From: an uncultured Chloroflexia bacterium
GTDB taxonomy: Bacteria; Chloroflexota; Limnocylindria; QHBO01
NCBI GenBank assembly: GCA_963699235.1
Contig: OY969424.1
Location: forward strand, 887,898 to 951,897
Reading direction: 5' to 3'
Length of the DNA stretch: 64,000 bases
Shown piece by piece: positions 1 through 10,623 of this stretch. Each line of letters starts with the position of its first letter. The stretch's first letter is position 1. A program made the position numbers and the translations under genes. Below the pieces are notes generated by a model. It saw only the letters and a list, made by a program, of their open reading frames with translations, did no database searches and was not told the origin of the DNA.

Positions 1-837
1 GTTCGGCCTGGACAAGCCGCTGTTCCTCAACCTCGGCAGCGGCGAGCTCGTTCGACTCGCAGTACTTCATCTACATCGGCGCCCTGCTCCAGGGCGACCT
101 GGGGACTTCCTATGCCAGCCCCGACAAGGAGGTCAACGAGCTCCTCGTGACGGCCCTCGGCAACACCCTGTGGCTGGTCATCCCGTCCCAGTTCCTGTCC
201 ATCATCCTGGGCATCCTGCTCGGGCTGGTCGCTGCCTGGCGGCGGGGAAAGGCGACCGATGTCGGGGCCCTCTCGTTCTCGCTGTTCATGTGGTCACTGC
301 CGACGTTCTTCCTGGGGATCATCCTGCTGTTCATCGGGGCCCAGTACTTCGACCTCCCGATCGGCGGCAAGCAGACGATCGGGGCCGAGTACGCGAATCC
401 CGTTCGAGGCGGCCGTCGATCTGCTCCGCCACCTCCTCCTGCCAACCCTGACCCTCACCCTCGTCCTGCTCGGCGAGTACATGCTGATCATGCGGTCGAG
501 CGTGCTCGACGTCTTCAGCGAGGACTACATCCTCACCGCCAAGGCGAAGGGTCTCTCCACCTACCGGATCATCCGCGACCACGCCCTGCGCAACGCGATG
601 CTGCCCATGGTCACGCTGATCGCCATCAACCTCGCCTTCACGGTGTCCGGCGCGATCCAGGTCGAGGAGGTCTTCTCGTGGCCGGGCCTCGGGCACCTGA
701 CCGTGGAGGCGGTCAGCGAACGTGACTACCCGGTCCTGCAGGGCGCGTTCCTGCTGCTGGCGGTGGCCGTCGTGTTCGCGAACCTGGCCGCGGACCTGCT
801 CTACGGCTGGCTCGACCCCCGGGTGACGGATGCCTGA
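1..837 (+). CDS. Peptide/nickel ABC transporter permease (DppB/OppB family), 5'-truncated, frameshifted near 50 and 400
   Basis: FGLDKPL..., GDLGTSY, EAA loop EDYILTAKAKGL, HALRNAMLP, EEVFSWPGLG, C-terminal LDPRV; the pieces lie in different frames. Confidence 0.9.
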
Positions 838-840
838 CCG

Positions 841-2810
841 ATGACCGCCGTCGCCGAGGTCACCACCCGCCCGACCGGGATCGCCCCTCCTCGCGGGGCG
901 CTGCGGAGCCTCCTCCACCACCCGGTCGGCATGACCGGCCTCGATCATGCTGGGCTTCACCTTCTTCATCGCCGTCTTCGCGCCGGTCCTGGCGCCGTAC
1001 GACCCGTACGCGCCCGTGACCGATGTCGACATCTCGGACATCTACCAGCCGCCATCGGCCGAGCACCCGCTGGGGACCGATGACGGCGGCCAGGACGTCC
1101 TCTCCCAGCTCCTGTACGGCTCGCGGGTCTCGCTCATCGTCGGCTTCACGGCGGCGGCCATCGCGATCGTCATCGGCGGCACGATCGGGATCGTGGCCGG
1201 CTACAAGGGTGGTCGGATCGGCGGTGGGCTCATGCGCTTCACCGACTTCTTCCTGGTCATCCCCGACCTGGCACTCCAGATCGTGCTCGTCGCCGTCCTG
1301 GGGCCGAGCCTGACCACGATCATCATCGTCATCGGCATCCTGGGCTGGACGACGACGGCCCGCCTCGTGCGGTCCCAGTCGCTGACCGTCCGGGAGCGGA
1401 AGTTCGTCGGTCGGGCCCGCGCCATCGGTGCCTCGGACGCCCACATCATCCGCCGCCACATCGTCCCGCTCGTCCTGCCCCTGATGATGGCCAACGCCGT
1501 CCTGGTGGTCAGCCTGGCCATCCTGTCGGAGTCGACCCTGGCCTTCATCGGCTTGGGCGATCCGACCGTCATCAGCTGGGGGAAGATGCTGAACTTCGCG
1601 TTCAGCCGCGGCGCGGTCTCGGCCGGCGCGTGGTGGGCCTTCTTCCCACCCGGCCTGGCGATCGTCTTCGTGGTCCTCGCGACCACTCTGCTGGGTACTG
1701 CGCTGGAGGACATCCTCAACCCCAGGCTGAAGCGGCACCACCTCGAGGCCGACCGCGACGACGTCGTGCGGGGAACGGAGCCGCCGCTCCCGCTGCCGGC
1801 CCCCTCGGCCGCGGCGCCGCTCCTCTCGATTCGCGGCCTGAGCGTCGAGTTCGAGACGCCGGACGGCCCGGTACGCGCCGTGGACGACGTCAGCTTCGAC
1901 CTGGCCAAGGGTGAGACGATTGGCCTGGTCGGGGAGTCTGGCAGCGGCAAGACGACGGCCATGCTCGGCCTCCTCCGGCTCCTGCCGCCGGGCGGGACGG
2001 TGGTCGCCGGCCAGGCCCTGTTCGACGGCGAGGACCTCCTGTCGCTACCACCGGACGAGCTGCGAGCCTTCCGCTGGACCCGGCTGTCGATGGTGTTCCA
2101 GGGGGCGATGAACGCCCTCAACCCGGTCAAGACGGTCGGCGAGCAGGTGGCCGAGGCGATCCGCCTCCACGATCCCGCCTGCACGAGGGAAACGGCCAAG
2201 CAGCAGACCGGCGAGCTCCTCGACCGGGTGGGGATCGGGGCGCGACGGGCGAATGAGCATCCGCACACCTACTCCGGCGGCATGCGCCAGCGGGCCATGA
2301 TCGCTCTCGCCCTCGCCTGCCGGCCGGACGTCATCGTCGCCGACGAGCCGACGACCGCCCTTGACGTCATGATCCAGGCCCAGATCCTCGAGCTCCTGGC
2401 CGGCCTGAGCCGCGACCTGGGGATGAGCACGATCATCGTGACCCACGACCTTGGGGTCGTGGCCCAGGTCTGCGACCGGGTCGTGGTCCTGTACGGCGGG
2501 CGGGTGGCGGAGGATGCCCCGGCCCACGGCCTGTTCTCCGAGCCGCGGCATCCGTACACCCAGGCCCTGCTCGAAGCCTTCCCCGACGTCGCGCGGCCCG
2601 ATCGCGAGCTGCACGCCATCGGTGGCACCCCGCCGCGGCTGGACCAGATGCCACCCGGCTGTCCCGTTCGCCCCCCGCTGCGCCCACGCCTTCGACCGAT
2701 GCGACGCGGCCAAGCCGCCGCTGTACCCGATCACCGATGGCTGGGCGGCCTCGTGCTACCTCCTCGACCCGGCCCATCCGCCGCCCGAGACGGCCACGAC
2801 CGATGCCTGA
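841..2810 (+). CDS. Fused peptide ABC permease (DppC) plus ATP-binding subunit (DppD); frameshifts near 945 and 2665
   Basis: [11 protein letters not shown] and ARAIGAS permease motifs run in frame into [25 protein letters not shown] and HPYTQAL; the CPFAPRC tail is in another frame. Confidence 0.85.
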
Positions 2811-3833
2811 GCCGCTCATCGTCGCCGACGACCTCCAGGTCCGGTTCATCGGGAATCGGTCCTTCGCCGACACGCTCCGCCGGCGACCGCCGCCCTCGGT
2901 CCGGGCGGTGGACGGCGTCTCGTTCTCCGTGGCTCCCGGGGAGGTGCTGGCCCTGGTCGGGGAGTCGGGGTGCGGGAAGACGACGACCGGCAACCTGCTC
3001 CTCGGGCTGCTCCCGCTGAGCGGCGGCTCGGTGCGCTACGAGGGGCGGACGCTGGCCGAGATGGACCGCCGCCAGATGGCCGCCCTCCGCCGGGCGGGCC
3101 AGATGATCTTCCAGGACCCGTACGAGTCGCTGAACCCGCGGATGCGGATCCGGGACATCATCGCCGAGCCGCTCCGCGTCCACCACGTGGCCACCGACAA
3201 GGAGGACGAGCGGGCCCGCGTCCGGCACGGCGCTGGCCCAGGCCGGCCTCGCCCCGCCGGAGGTGTACGAGAATCGTTACCCGTTCGAGCTGTCCGGCGG
3301 GCAGCGCCAGCGGGTCGTCATCGCCGCCGCCCTGACCCTCGAGCCGCGGCTGCTCATCGCCGACGAGCCGGTCTCCATGCTCGACGTCTCGATCCGGGCC
3401 GACATCCTCAACCTGCTCCGCGCGCCTGGCCACCGAGTCGCGGATCGCGATCGTGATGATCACCCACGACCTGGCGACCGTCTCGGCCTACGCCGATCGG
3501 CTGGCGGTCATGTACCTCGGCCGGATCGTGGAGGTGGGGGACACGAAGACGATCCTGGCCGATCCACAGCACCCGTACACCCGGGCCCTCCTGTCCGTGG
3601 TCCCGACCACCGATCCGGCCGCCCGCCAGCGGCCCCAGGTCCTGGCCGGCGAGACGCCGGACCCGTCGCGGATCCCGTCAGGCTGCCGCTTCCACCCGCG
3701 CTGCCCGGTGGCCATCGAGGCCTGCAAGACGATCGACCCCGCCCTGGTGTCCCTCGGCGCCGACCACGAGGCGGCCTGCATCCTCGTCGGCAGCGGACCG
3801 ATCGCTACTGGTTCGTCAGCAGCCGAACGATGA
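2803..3833 (+). CDS. Peptide ABC transporter ATP-binding subunit (DppF/OppF); frameshifts near 3230 and 3425
   Basis: [52 protein letters not shown]. Confidence 0.88.
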
Positions 3834-4315
3834 GCAGGGCCGTGACCCCGCCGGCGAGGGCGGGGCTCACGATCCGACGGATGCGGCTCGCCCGATCGGC
3901 GAGCAGCGAGGCGAGCATGCCGGTGGGGACGGCCGCCACGACGCCGGCCACGGCCGCGACCGTGGCCGTCCCGAGGGCGACGCCGTCGGCGAGCACGGTT
4001 CCCACCACCACCAGCCCCAGGGCGCCGAACAGGCCGGCCCCGATGGTCGTCACCAGCGCCCGCCATGAGCCGCGCTGGGTGGCGCCGGTGATCGCCGCTC
4101 CCGCGGCCAGGGTGGCGGCGAGGGCCGAGGTGCCCGCCACCGCCTGGGCCGGATCGGCGGGCGCGGCCAGCGAGGAACCAGGCGGCCCCGACGATGGGCC
4201 CGATGAGCATGCCCCCGGCCACGACCCAGGTCAGCGGCTGACCCCAGTCCTCCGGGTCCTCGGGCGGGACGACCTCGCCCAGCCGGACGCTGGGCGGCCG
4301 GTTGTCGTCGATCAT
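3805..4315 (-). CDS. Hypothetical multi-pass membrane protein (frameshift near 4165)
   Basis: Starts [24 protein letters not shown] with an ATGA overlap on the upstream gene; hydrophobic helices continue in the 3805..4140 frame. Confidence 0.6.
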
Positions 4316-5554
4316 CGGGGGCCGTCCAGCCGCAGGCCCAGGATCCGGGTCGGCCAGGTCGTGGAGGTGGGTCGCCGCTGATCGGCGCGCTCGGCACCGG
4401 CTGCCGGCCCAGCGCCACGCCGGCCAGCGCGTCGAGCCTGCGGATGGCGCCGGGCGCGTCGAGGTCGTTGGCGAACGCGGCCAGCACGTCCTCCCGCTCG
4501 CCCGGCGACCGCATCGGTGAGCGCGAGCTCGTCCTCGGCGCTCCGCTGCCCAGCGGCCTCCGTCCATCGGCGCACCAGCCCGGCCGCATCGGCCAGCCGC
4601 GCATCGGTCCAGATCAGGTCCTCGCGGTACGGCCAGTCGACCAGGGCGAGCCGGACGACGTCGGCCGGCCACTGCCCGAGCAGGTCGCGGACCATGACCA
4701 GGTTGCCCAGCGACTTGCTCATCTTCTCCTGCTCGTAGTGGACCATCCCGGTGTGGACCCAGTGGTGGACGACCGGCCGGACCCCGGTGGCGCCCTCGGA
4801 CTGGACGCGCTCTGCCTCGTGGTGGGGGAACGCGAGATCCCGGCCGCCGCCGTGGATCTCGAACGAGGTGCCGAGGTGGGTCACGCTCATGGCCGAGCAC
4901 TCGATGTGCCACCCCGGACGGCCCTCGCCCCACGGCGAGGGCCACGCCGGCTCGTCGGGGAGCGAACGCTGCCAGAGCACCGGGTCCAGCGGGTCGCGCT
5001 TGCCCGGCAGCTCCGGCCGGTTGCCCCGCTCGTTGGCCAGCGCCAGCTGGTCGCGGCGGGGAACGTGGGACAGCGATCCCCAGCCGGGGTCGGCGGCGAC
5101 CGACAGGTAGACGTGCCCGTCCCCGCGGTAGGCCAGGCCCGCGGCCTGCAGGCGCTCGATCATGGCCGACCATCGGCTCCACGTGCTCGGTCGCCCGGGC
5201 GTAGACGTCGGGCGGCAGCCAGTTGAGGGCCGCCATGTCGGCGAGGAAGGCCTCGGCCTGCCGGTTGCCGAGGGCGAGGTAGTCCTCGCCCCGGTCTCGG
5301 GCCCGGGCCAGCATGTCGTCGTCGACATCGGTCAGGTTCTGGACGTACCGGACCTCGTGCCCCGCGTACTCGAGGTACCGATGGATGACGTCGAAGGCGA
5401 GATAGGTGAACGCGTGGCCCAGGTGGGTGGTGTCGTACGGCGTGATGCCGCAGACGTACAGCCCGATCGGACCCGGTCCGAGCGGCTCGACCGGGAAGAT
5501 CCCGTCCCGCCGAGTGTCATACAGGCGCAGTACGGGAGTCCGGGGGGTGGACAC
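4312..5554 (-). CDS. Cysteine ligase, class I CysRS/MshC-like, short form (frameshifted)
   Basis: [53 protein letters not shown]; about 410 aa ending ILGLRL, with no anticodon-binding domain. Confidence 0.85.
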
Positions 5555-5583
5555 TTGCGTCGTGGCCCTAGAATCCGTGGGCC

Positions 5584-5694
5584 ATGTGGGAAGTCTTGAA
5601 GTGGCTCGCCGTCTTCGCGGCCGCGTTGCTCGTCATCATCATCGGGGCGTCGTTCGTCCTCGGGACACCGAACCCCATCGACACCCTGTTCTGA
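5584..5694 (+). CDS. Small single-pass membrane protein, 36 aa (MWEVLKWLAVFAAALLVIIIGASFVLGTPNPIDTLF)
   Basis: ATG..TGA ORF filling the intergenic gap, GC-rich third positions, one hydrophobic helix, TAGAAT -10 box at 5569-5574. Confidence 0.65.
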   Translation: MWEVLKWLAVFAAALLVIIIGASFVLGTPNPIDTLF

Positions 5695-5776
5695 TCCGAC
5701 TGACCACGGCTGTGACCTGCTCCACTTGGGCGGGACCGATGCTAGCGCACGGCATCATGCCGAACCCCGATCGCCG

Positions 5777-6736
5777 ATGGAGCTGATCGACGCCGCGACC
5801 CTCACGGCCCTGGTCCCGATGGACCGACTCCTCGATGCGGTGGAGGCCGCCTACCGCGACGTCGCCGCCGGCCGCGATCGGTCGCCGCTCCGCCAGCACC
5901 TCGAGCTCCAGGGCGGCGGCCTGCTGGTCCTCATGCCCGCGGTCCGGGAAGGCGGTGCGGGGGCGGCGGTCAAGCTGATCACCTGGGTCCCCGGCAACCC
6001 GGAGCGTGGCCTACCGACCATCCAGGGCACGGTCACATGGTTCGACGCGGTCACCGGCGAAGCGGCCTACCAGTTCGACGGTCCGACCGTCACCGCCCTG
6101 CGGACGGGGGCCGCCTCGGGGGTTGGTTCCCGCCTCCTGGCCCGGCCCGATGCCTCGGTCATGGCCCTCATCGGCGCCGGCGTCCAGGCCGAGTCCCAGA
6201 TCCGGGCGGTCCTCGCCGCCCGCCCGATTCGCGAGGTGCGGGTCTACGCCCGGACCCGCGAGCCGCGCGAGGCGTTCGCGGCGGCGATGGACGAGGCTCT
6301 GCCCACCAGCGTTCGAGCGGTGGAAACAGCGGAGGAAGCGGTGAGCGGCGCGGACGTCGTCTGCTGCGTGACGCCGTCGGAGAAGCCGGTCTTCGAGGCG
6401 GGGTGGCTCGCTCCCGGGACCCACGTCAATGCCATCGGCAGCTTCCGGATGGGGATGGTGGAGATCCCGTTCGAGGCCTTTGGGCGAGCGTCGCTGGTGG
6501 CCGTGGACTCCCGCGAGGCCGTCGGCCACGAGGCCGGCGACGTGGCGGCCGCAGTCGCAGCTGGATCCCTGGCCGCGGACGAGATGGTCGAGATCGGATC
6601 CGTGGCGCCGGATTGGGCAGCGAGCCGGGATCCGGCGGCGATCACGATCTTCAAGAGCGTGGGGCTGCCCATCCAGGACCTCGCCACGGCCGACCTGGCG
6701 GTGGCGGCCCTTCGCGCGGGGGCCGGGCCGGCCTAG
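5777..6736 (+). CDS. Ornithine cyclodeaminase/mu-crystallin family protein
   Basis: TALRTGAASG, GAGVQA, GTHVNAIGS, IFKSVGLPIQDLA. Confidence 0.9.
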   Translation: MELIDAATLTALVPMDRLLDAVEAAYRDVAAGRDRSPLRQHLELQGGGLLVLMPAVREGGAGAAVKLITWVPGNPERGLPTIQGTVTWFDAVTGEAAYQFDGPTVTALRTGAASGVGSRLLARPDASVMALIGAGVQAESQIRAVLAARPIREVRVYARTREPREAFAAAMDEALPTSVRAVETAEEAVSGADVVCCVTPSEKPVFEAGWLAPGTHVNAIGSFRMGMVEIPFEAFGRASLVAVDSREAVGHEAGDVAAAVAAGSLAADEMVEIGSVAPDWAASRDPAAITIFKSVGLPIQDLATADLAVAALRAGAGPA

Positions 6737-6766
6737 TCGCCGGCCGGAGCGAGGACCCGGCCGCGG

Positions 6767-7915
6767 TCAGCGGCCGTTGACCACCGGCAGCTCGACGGGT
6801 GGTGGGCGCATGCCCGGGTCGGGGCGTCCGACGAAGAGGGGCACGGCCAGCTGGGCTGCCAGGTCCTGGATGACGGACGCCGCGACCGCCCGAAAGGTCC
6901 AGGCCGGTGGCGGCACGGACGGCGGGTCGTGCGCGGTGCTGACCCGGACGTCGCCCTCGAGCACCCGGTCGCTGGCGGCCGGCCGACGGAGCCACGGCGC
7001 GGGATCGTCCGGCGGCGCCTCGGGGCTCTCCGCGGGAGCGGACCCCACGCGAACCGGATCGGGCGAGGTCGGCGGCGGAGGCGGCGGGGCGGACTGGCCG
7101 ATGATCCCGGACTGTCCTCCGCCCGGCGTCCCGCCAGACGGAGGCGGTGGGGTGGGCGCCGGGGTCGGGGGAGGCGGTGCCGGGGTGGGCACGGGCGTCG
7201 GCGGCGGTGGAGTTGGGCCCGGCGGTGGCGTGGGCGGCGGCGTCGGCATCGGGGTTGGGACTGGAGTCGGAACCGGAGTCGGTGGGGGAGGCCCGGGCGG
7301 TGCGCCGGTGACGGTCCAGCCGGGGTAGTAGTAGGTGAGCAGGATCTGAGCCGCGGTCCGGCCCGCCAGGCCGCAGGCCTGGGTGCCCCATTGGTACATC
7401 CGCCAGCCGTTGGCATTCGCCCCGCACGGCTCGTTCGCCGATCCGGCGTTGTAGTAAGTCGGGGCGATCGCCCCGTTCTTCAGGGCGCGGGTGGCCCAGG
7501 TGGCGTCCACCGCCGCGGCGGCGCCGGGCCACGTCGGCTGGGCTGGGTTGTAGACCTGGTCTCGGGTGTCGTCGTAGACGTCGAAGCACTGGCCGGAGGC
7601 GTTCGTCAGACCCCGCCAGTGGAGGACTTGGTACCAGGCGTACATCTTCACCGCGACCGCACCCGAGCGCAGCGACTCGGTCGTCCACGAGCCGATCCAC
7701 TCCCGTGACAGGACGTTCCTTGTGTAGACGCGGAAATCCACGGTCTCGACCGCGCCGGTGGCGACGCGGAAGACGCGGATGGTGGGTGGAGGCGACGTCT
7801 CACTGGCCCAGCCGCTGCAGGAAGAGGCACTCGCCGGGAGGGCAGTCCCGGGAAGCCCGCTGCCAAGCAGGGCGACCACGGCCAACAGTGACGCCGCACG
7901 GGCATGGCGCGGCAT
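6767..7915 (-). CDS. Exported SpoIID/LytB-domain protein with Pro/Thr-rich linker
   Basis: Signal peptide; YTRNVLSREW...ESLRSGAVAVKMYA, DTRDQVY, MYQWG, QILLTYYY; PTP repeats. Confidence 0.7.
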   Translation of the reverse strand: MPRHARAASLLAVVALLGSGLPGTALPASASSCSGWASETSPPPTIRVFRVATGAVETVDFRVYTRNVLSREWIGSWTTESLRSGAVAVKMYAWYQVLHWRGLTNASGQCFDVYDDTRDQVYNPAQPTWPGAAAAVDATWATRALKNGAIAPTYYNAGSANEPCGANANGWRMYQWGTQACGLAGRTAAQILLTYYYPGWTVTGAPPGPPPPTPVPTPVPTPMPTPPPTPPPGPTPPPPTPVPTPAPPPPTPAPTPPPPSGGTPGGGQSGIIGQSAPPPPPPTSPDPVRVGSAPAESPEAPPDDPAPWLRRPAASDRVLEGDVRVSTAHDPPSVPPPAWTFRAVAASVIQDLAAQLAVPLFVGRPDPGMRPPPVELPVVNGR

Positions 7916-8001
7916 CGGCCCCCACCGTATCGGCCGCCTCTCCGGGGGTCAGCCGGGCCGATGGTCCGGTCCGGGCCGGGGTCGGGAGTACCGCTTCGGG
8001 G

Positions 8002-8874
8002 TCAGGCCCAGCGGTGGACCCGGGCTGGAATGGACTCGAACCCGAGCTCGGCGCAGAGCGCCTCGAACGGTGCCCGCGGCACCCCCTGCCAGGCGAGGTC
8101 GTCCACCGTGCCCGGAGCGTCGGCGTCCCGGTTGAGGATCGCAAGACGGCGATAGAGGTACGCCTCGTCCCGCGCCTGGCGGAGCACGACCGCCAGGCGG
8201 CCCGCGCCCCGGACGTCCACGTCCCAGGCCAGCGGGTCGTCGGGGATGGCCTCAAGGTGCTCCCAGCGAGCGAGTACCGCCGCCGCGCTTTTCGACCCCC
8301 ATCCCGGCAGGCCGGGATAGCCGTCCGAGCTGTCGCCCACGAGGGCCAGGTAGTCCGGGATGCTGGTCGGGCGGACGCCGAACTTGGCCATCACCCCCGC
8401 CTCGTCGTAGGTGATGTTGCGCATCCGATCCCGCTGGACGATCCGTTCGCCGACGACGCACTGGGCGAGGTCCTTGTCCACCGTGCAGATGACGACCTGG
8501 TCGACCCGCGGGTCCGCGGCCACGCGGGCGGTGACCGTGGCCAGGGCGTCGTCGGCCTCGTCCTCGACCATGGCCCAGCAGGTAATGCCCAGGGTCTGGA
8601 TCGCCTGCTCCGCGAGATCGAACTGGCTCAGCAGGTCCCATGGCAAACCCGCACTCGACTTGTAGCCGCGGAACACGTCGTTGCGCCAGCTCTCGATGAC
8701 ATGATCGGTGGCCGCCCCCACGTGGGTGACATCCGGCTCGCGCAGCAGGCTCAGCAGCGAGTCCACCAGGCCGCGGACCGCGTTCACCGCACGCCCGTCC
8801 GGTCCGGTCTCCGCCGGACGCGAGTGGTAGGCGCGGAACAGCTCGAAGGTGGCGTCGACGAGGTGAACCTGCAC
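8002..8874 (-). CDS. Stand-alone 5'-3' exonuclease/flap endonuclease (PolI N-terminal-like)
   Basis: LVDATFELFRAYH, GYK, EADDAL, DKDLAQ, DYLALVGDSSDGYPGLPGWGSK. Confidence 0.9.
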   Translation of the reverse strand: MQVHLVDATFELFRAYHSRPAETGPDGRAVNAVRGLVDSLLSLLREPDVTHVGAATDHVIESWRNDVFRGYKSSAGLPWDLLSQFDLAEQAIQTLGITCWAMVEDEADDALATVTARVAADPRVDQVVICTVDKDLAQCVVGERIVQRDRMRNITYDEAGVMAKFGVRPTSIPDYLALVGDSSDGYPGLPGWGSKSAAAVLARWEHLEAIPDDPLAWDVDVRGAGRLAVVLRQARDEAYLYRRLAILNRDADAPGTVDDLAWQGVPRAPFEALCAELGFESIPARVHRWA

Positions 8875-9013
8875 GAAGTGATCCTACGGCCGATAGGCGG
8901 ACGGTAGTGACCGCCCTGCGACGATCACGGTCGGCGACCGTGCGGCGTGGCGTGCGTGCCCTGCCGCCGTCGGCGTTCATCGCGTTCGCCGGTGGCCCGC
9001 GCTGCGCGGTACC

Positions 9014-10623
9014 TCAGACGGCGAGCGGCTCGCGGTACTCCCCGAACACCTCGCGCAGGACGCCACACATCTCGCCGATTGTGGCGTAGGCCTCGACCGC
9101 GGCCACGATCGCCGGCATGAGGTTCACCCCGTCGCGGAGCGAGTCCTCGCGGAGGCGGGTGATGGCCTGCGCGTGGGCGTCTGCGTCCCGCTCGGCGCGG
9201 ACCCTTACCAGGCGGTCGAGGTGGCGCCGTTCCATGTCCTCGGTGATCTCGAGGAGGGGAATCCCCAGCTCCTCGTCCGGATCGGCGTACTTCGTGACCC
9301 CCACGATCTGGTGCTCCCCGGATTCCAGGGCACGGGACTGGGCGTAGGCCGCGTCCGCCACCTCGGCCTGCGGGTAGCCGGCCTCCACCGCGCGCAGCAT
9401 CCCGCCCATGTCGTCGATGCGCCGGATGTAGTCCCAGGCCGCCGCCTCGGTCTGGTTGGTGAGCGCCTCGACGAAGTACGACCCGCCGAGCGGGTCCACC
9501 GTGTTGGCCACGCCCGGACTCCTCGGCCAGGATCTGCTGCTGGCGCAGGGCGAGCAGGGCGGCCGCCTCGCTGGGAACGGCCCACGCCTCGTCGTACGCA
9601 TCGGTGTGGAGCGACTGGGTGCCGCCCAGGATGGCCGCCAGGGCCTGGATCGCGACCCGGGTCAGGTTGTTCAGCGGCTGCTGGGCGGTCAGCGACACGC
9701 CCGCGGTCTGGGTGTGGAAGCGCATCCAGGTGGAGCGCTCGTTCTCGGCCCCGAAGCGCTCGGCGCAGAGGCGGTACCAGATCCGGCGCGCCGCGCGGAA
9801 CTTGGCGATCTCCTCGAAGAAGTCGTTGTGGCTGTTGAAGAAGAACGACAGGCGCGGGGCGAAGTCGTCGAAGCGCATCCCGCGGGCCAGCGCGTCTTCG
9901 ACGTAGGCGATGCCGTCGGCGATGGTGAACGCCAGCTCCTGGACCGCGGTCGAGCCGGCCTCCCGGATGTGGTAGCCGCTGATGCTGATCGTGTTCCAGC
10001 GCGGCAGCTCACGGGTTCCGAACTCGACCGTGTCGGTCACCAGCCGCAGCGACGGCGCCGGCGGGAAGATGTACTCCTTCTGGGCGATGAACTCCTTGAG
10101 GATGTCGTTCTGGAGGGTGCCGGTGAGCTGGGCGCGCGGCACGCCGGCCTTCTCGGCGGCCACGATGTACATGGCCCAGATCATGGCCGCCGGCGAGTTG
10201 ATGGTCATCGAGGTGCTGATCTCGCCGATCGGCAGGCCCGACAGCAGGATCTCCATGTCGGCCAGGCTGCTGACCGCGACCCCGCAGGTCCCGAATTCGC
10301 CGGCCGCCTCGGGATCGTCGTGGTCGTAGCCGTACAGGGTGGGCATGTCGTAGGCGATCGACAGCCCGGTCCCGCCCTCGGCGATGAGGCGGCGGAAGCG
10401 GGCGTTGGTGTCCTCCGCCGCCCCGAAGCCGGCGAACATCCGCATCGTCCACAGCCGACCGCGGTGGCCGGTGGCATGGATGCCGCGCGTGAACGGCGGC
10501 GCGCCGGGCTCCCCGAGGTCGCCGCTCCGCGTTCCATTCGGCCAGGTCGGTCGGGGTGTAGAGGCGGTTGATGTCGACCCCTGACTGGGTCGTGAACCGC
10601 GGCTTGCGCTCGTTCCCGCTCAC
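9014..10623 (-). CDS. icmA: B12-dependent acyl-CoA mutase large subunit, isobutyryl-CoA-mutase type (frameshifts near 10520 and 9510)
   Basis: [72 protein letters not shown]; no B12 domain. Confidence 0.8.

Noticed and set aside
7060-7300. Short tandem repeats, also near 13460-13545, 16140-16200 and 57680-57780, as a CRISPR array or VNTR element
   Set aside because: They are in-frame Pro/Thr/Ala/Arg low-complexity coding repeats with no repeat-spacer structure and no cas genes.
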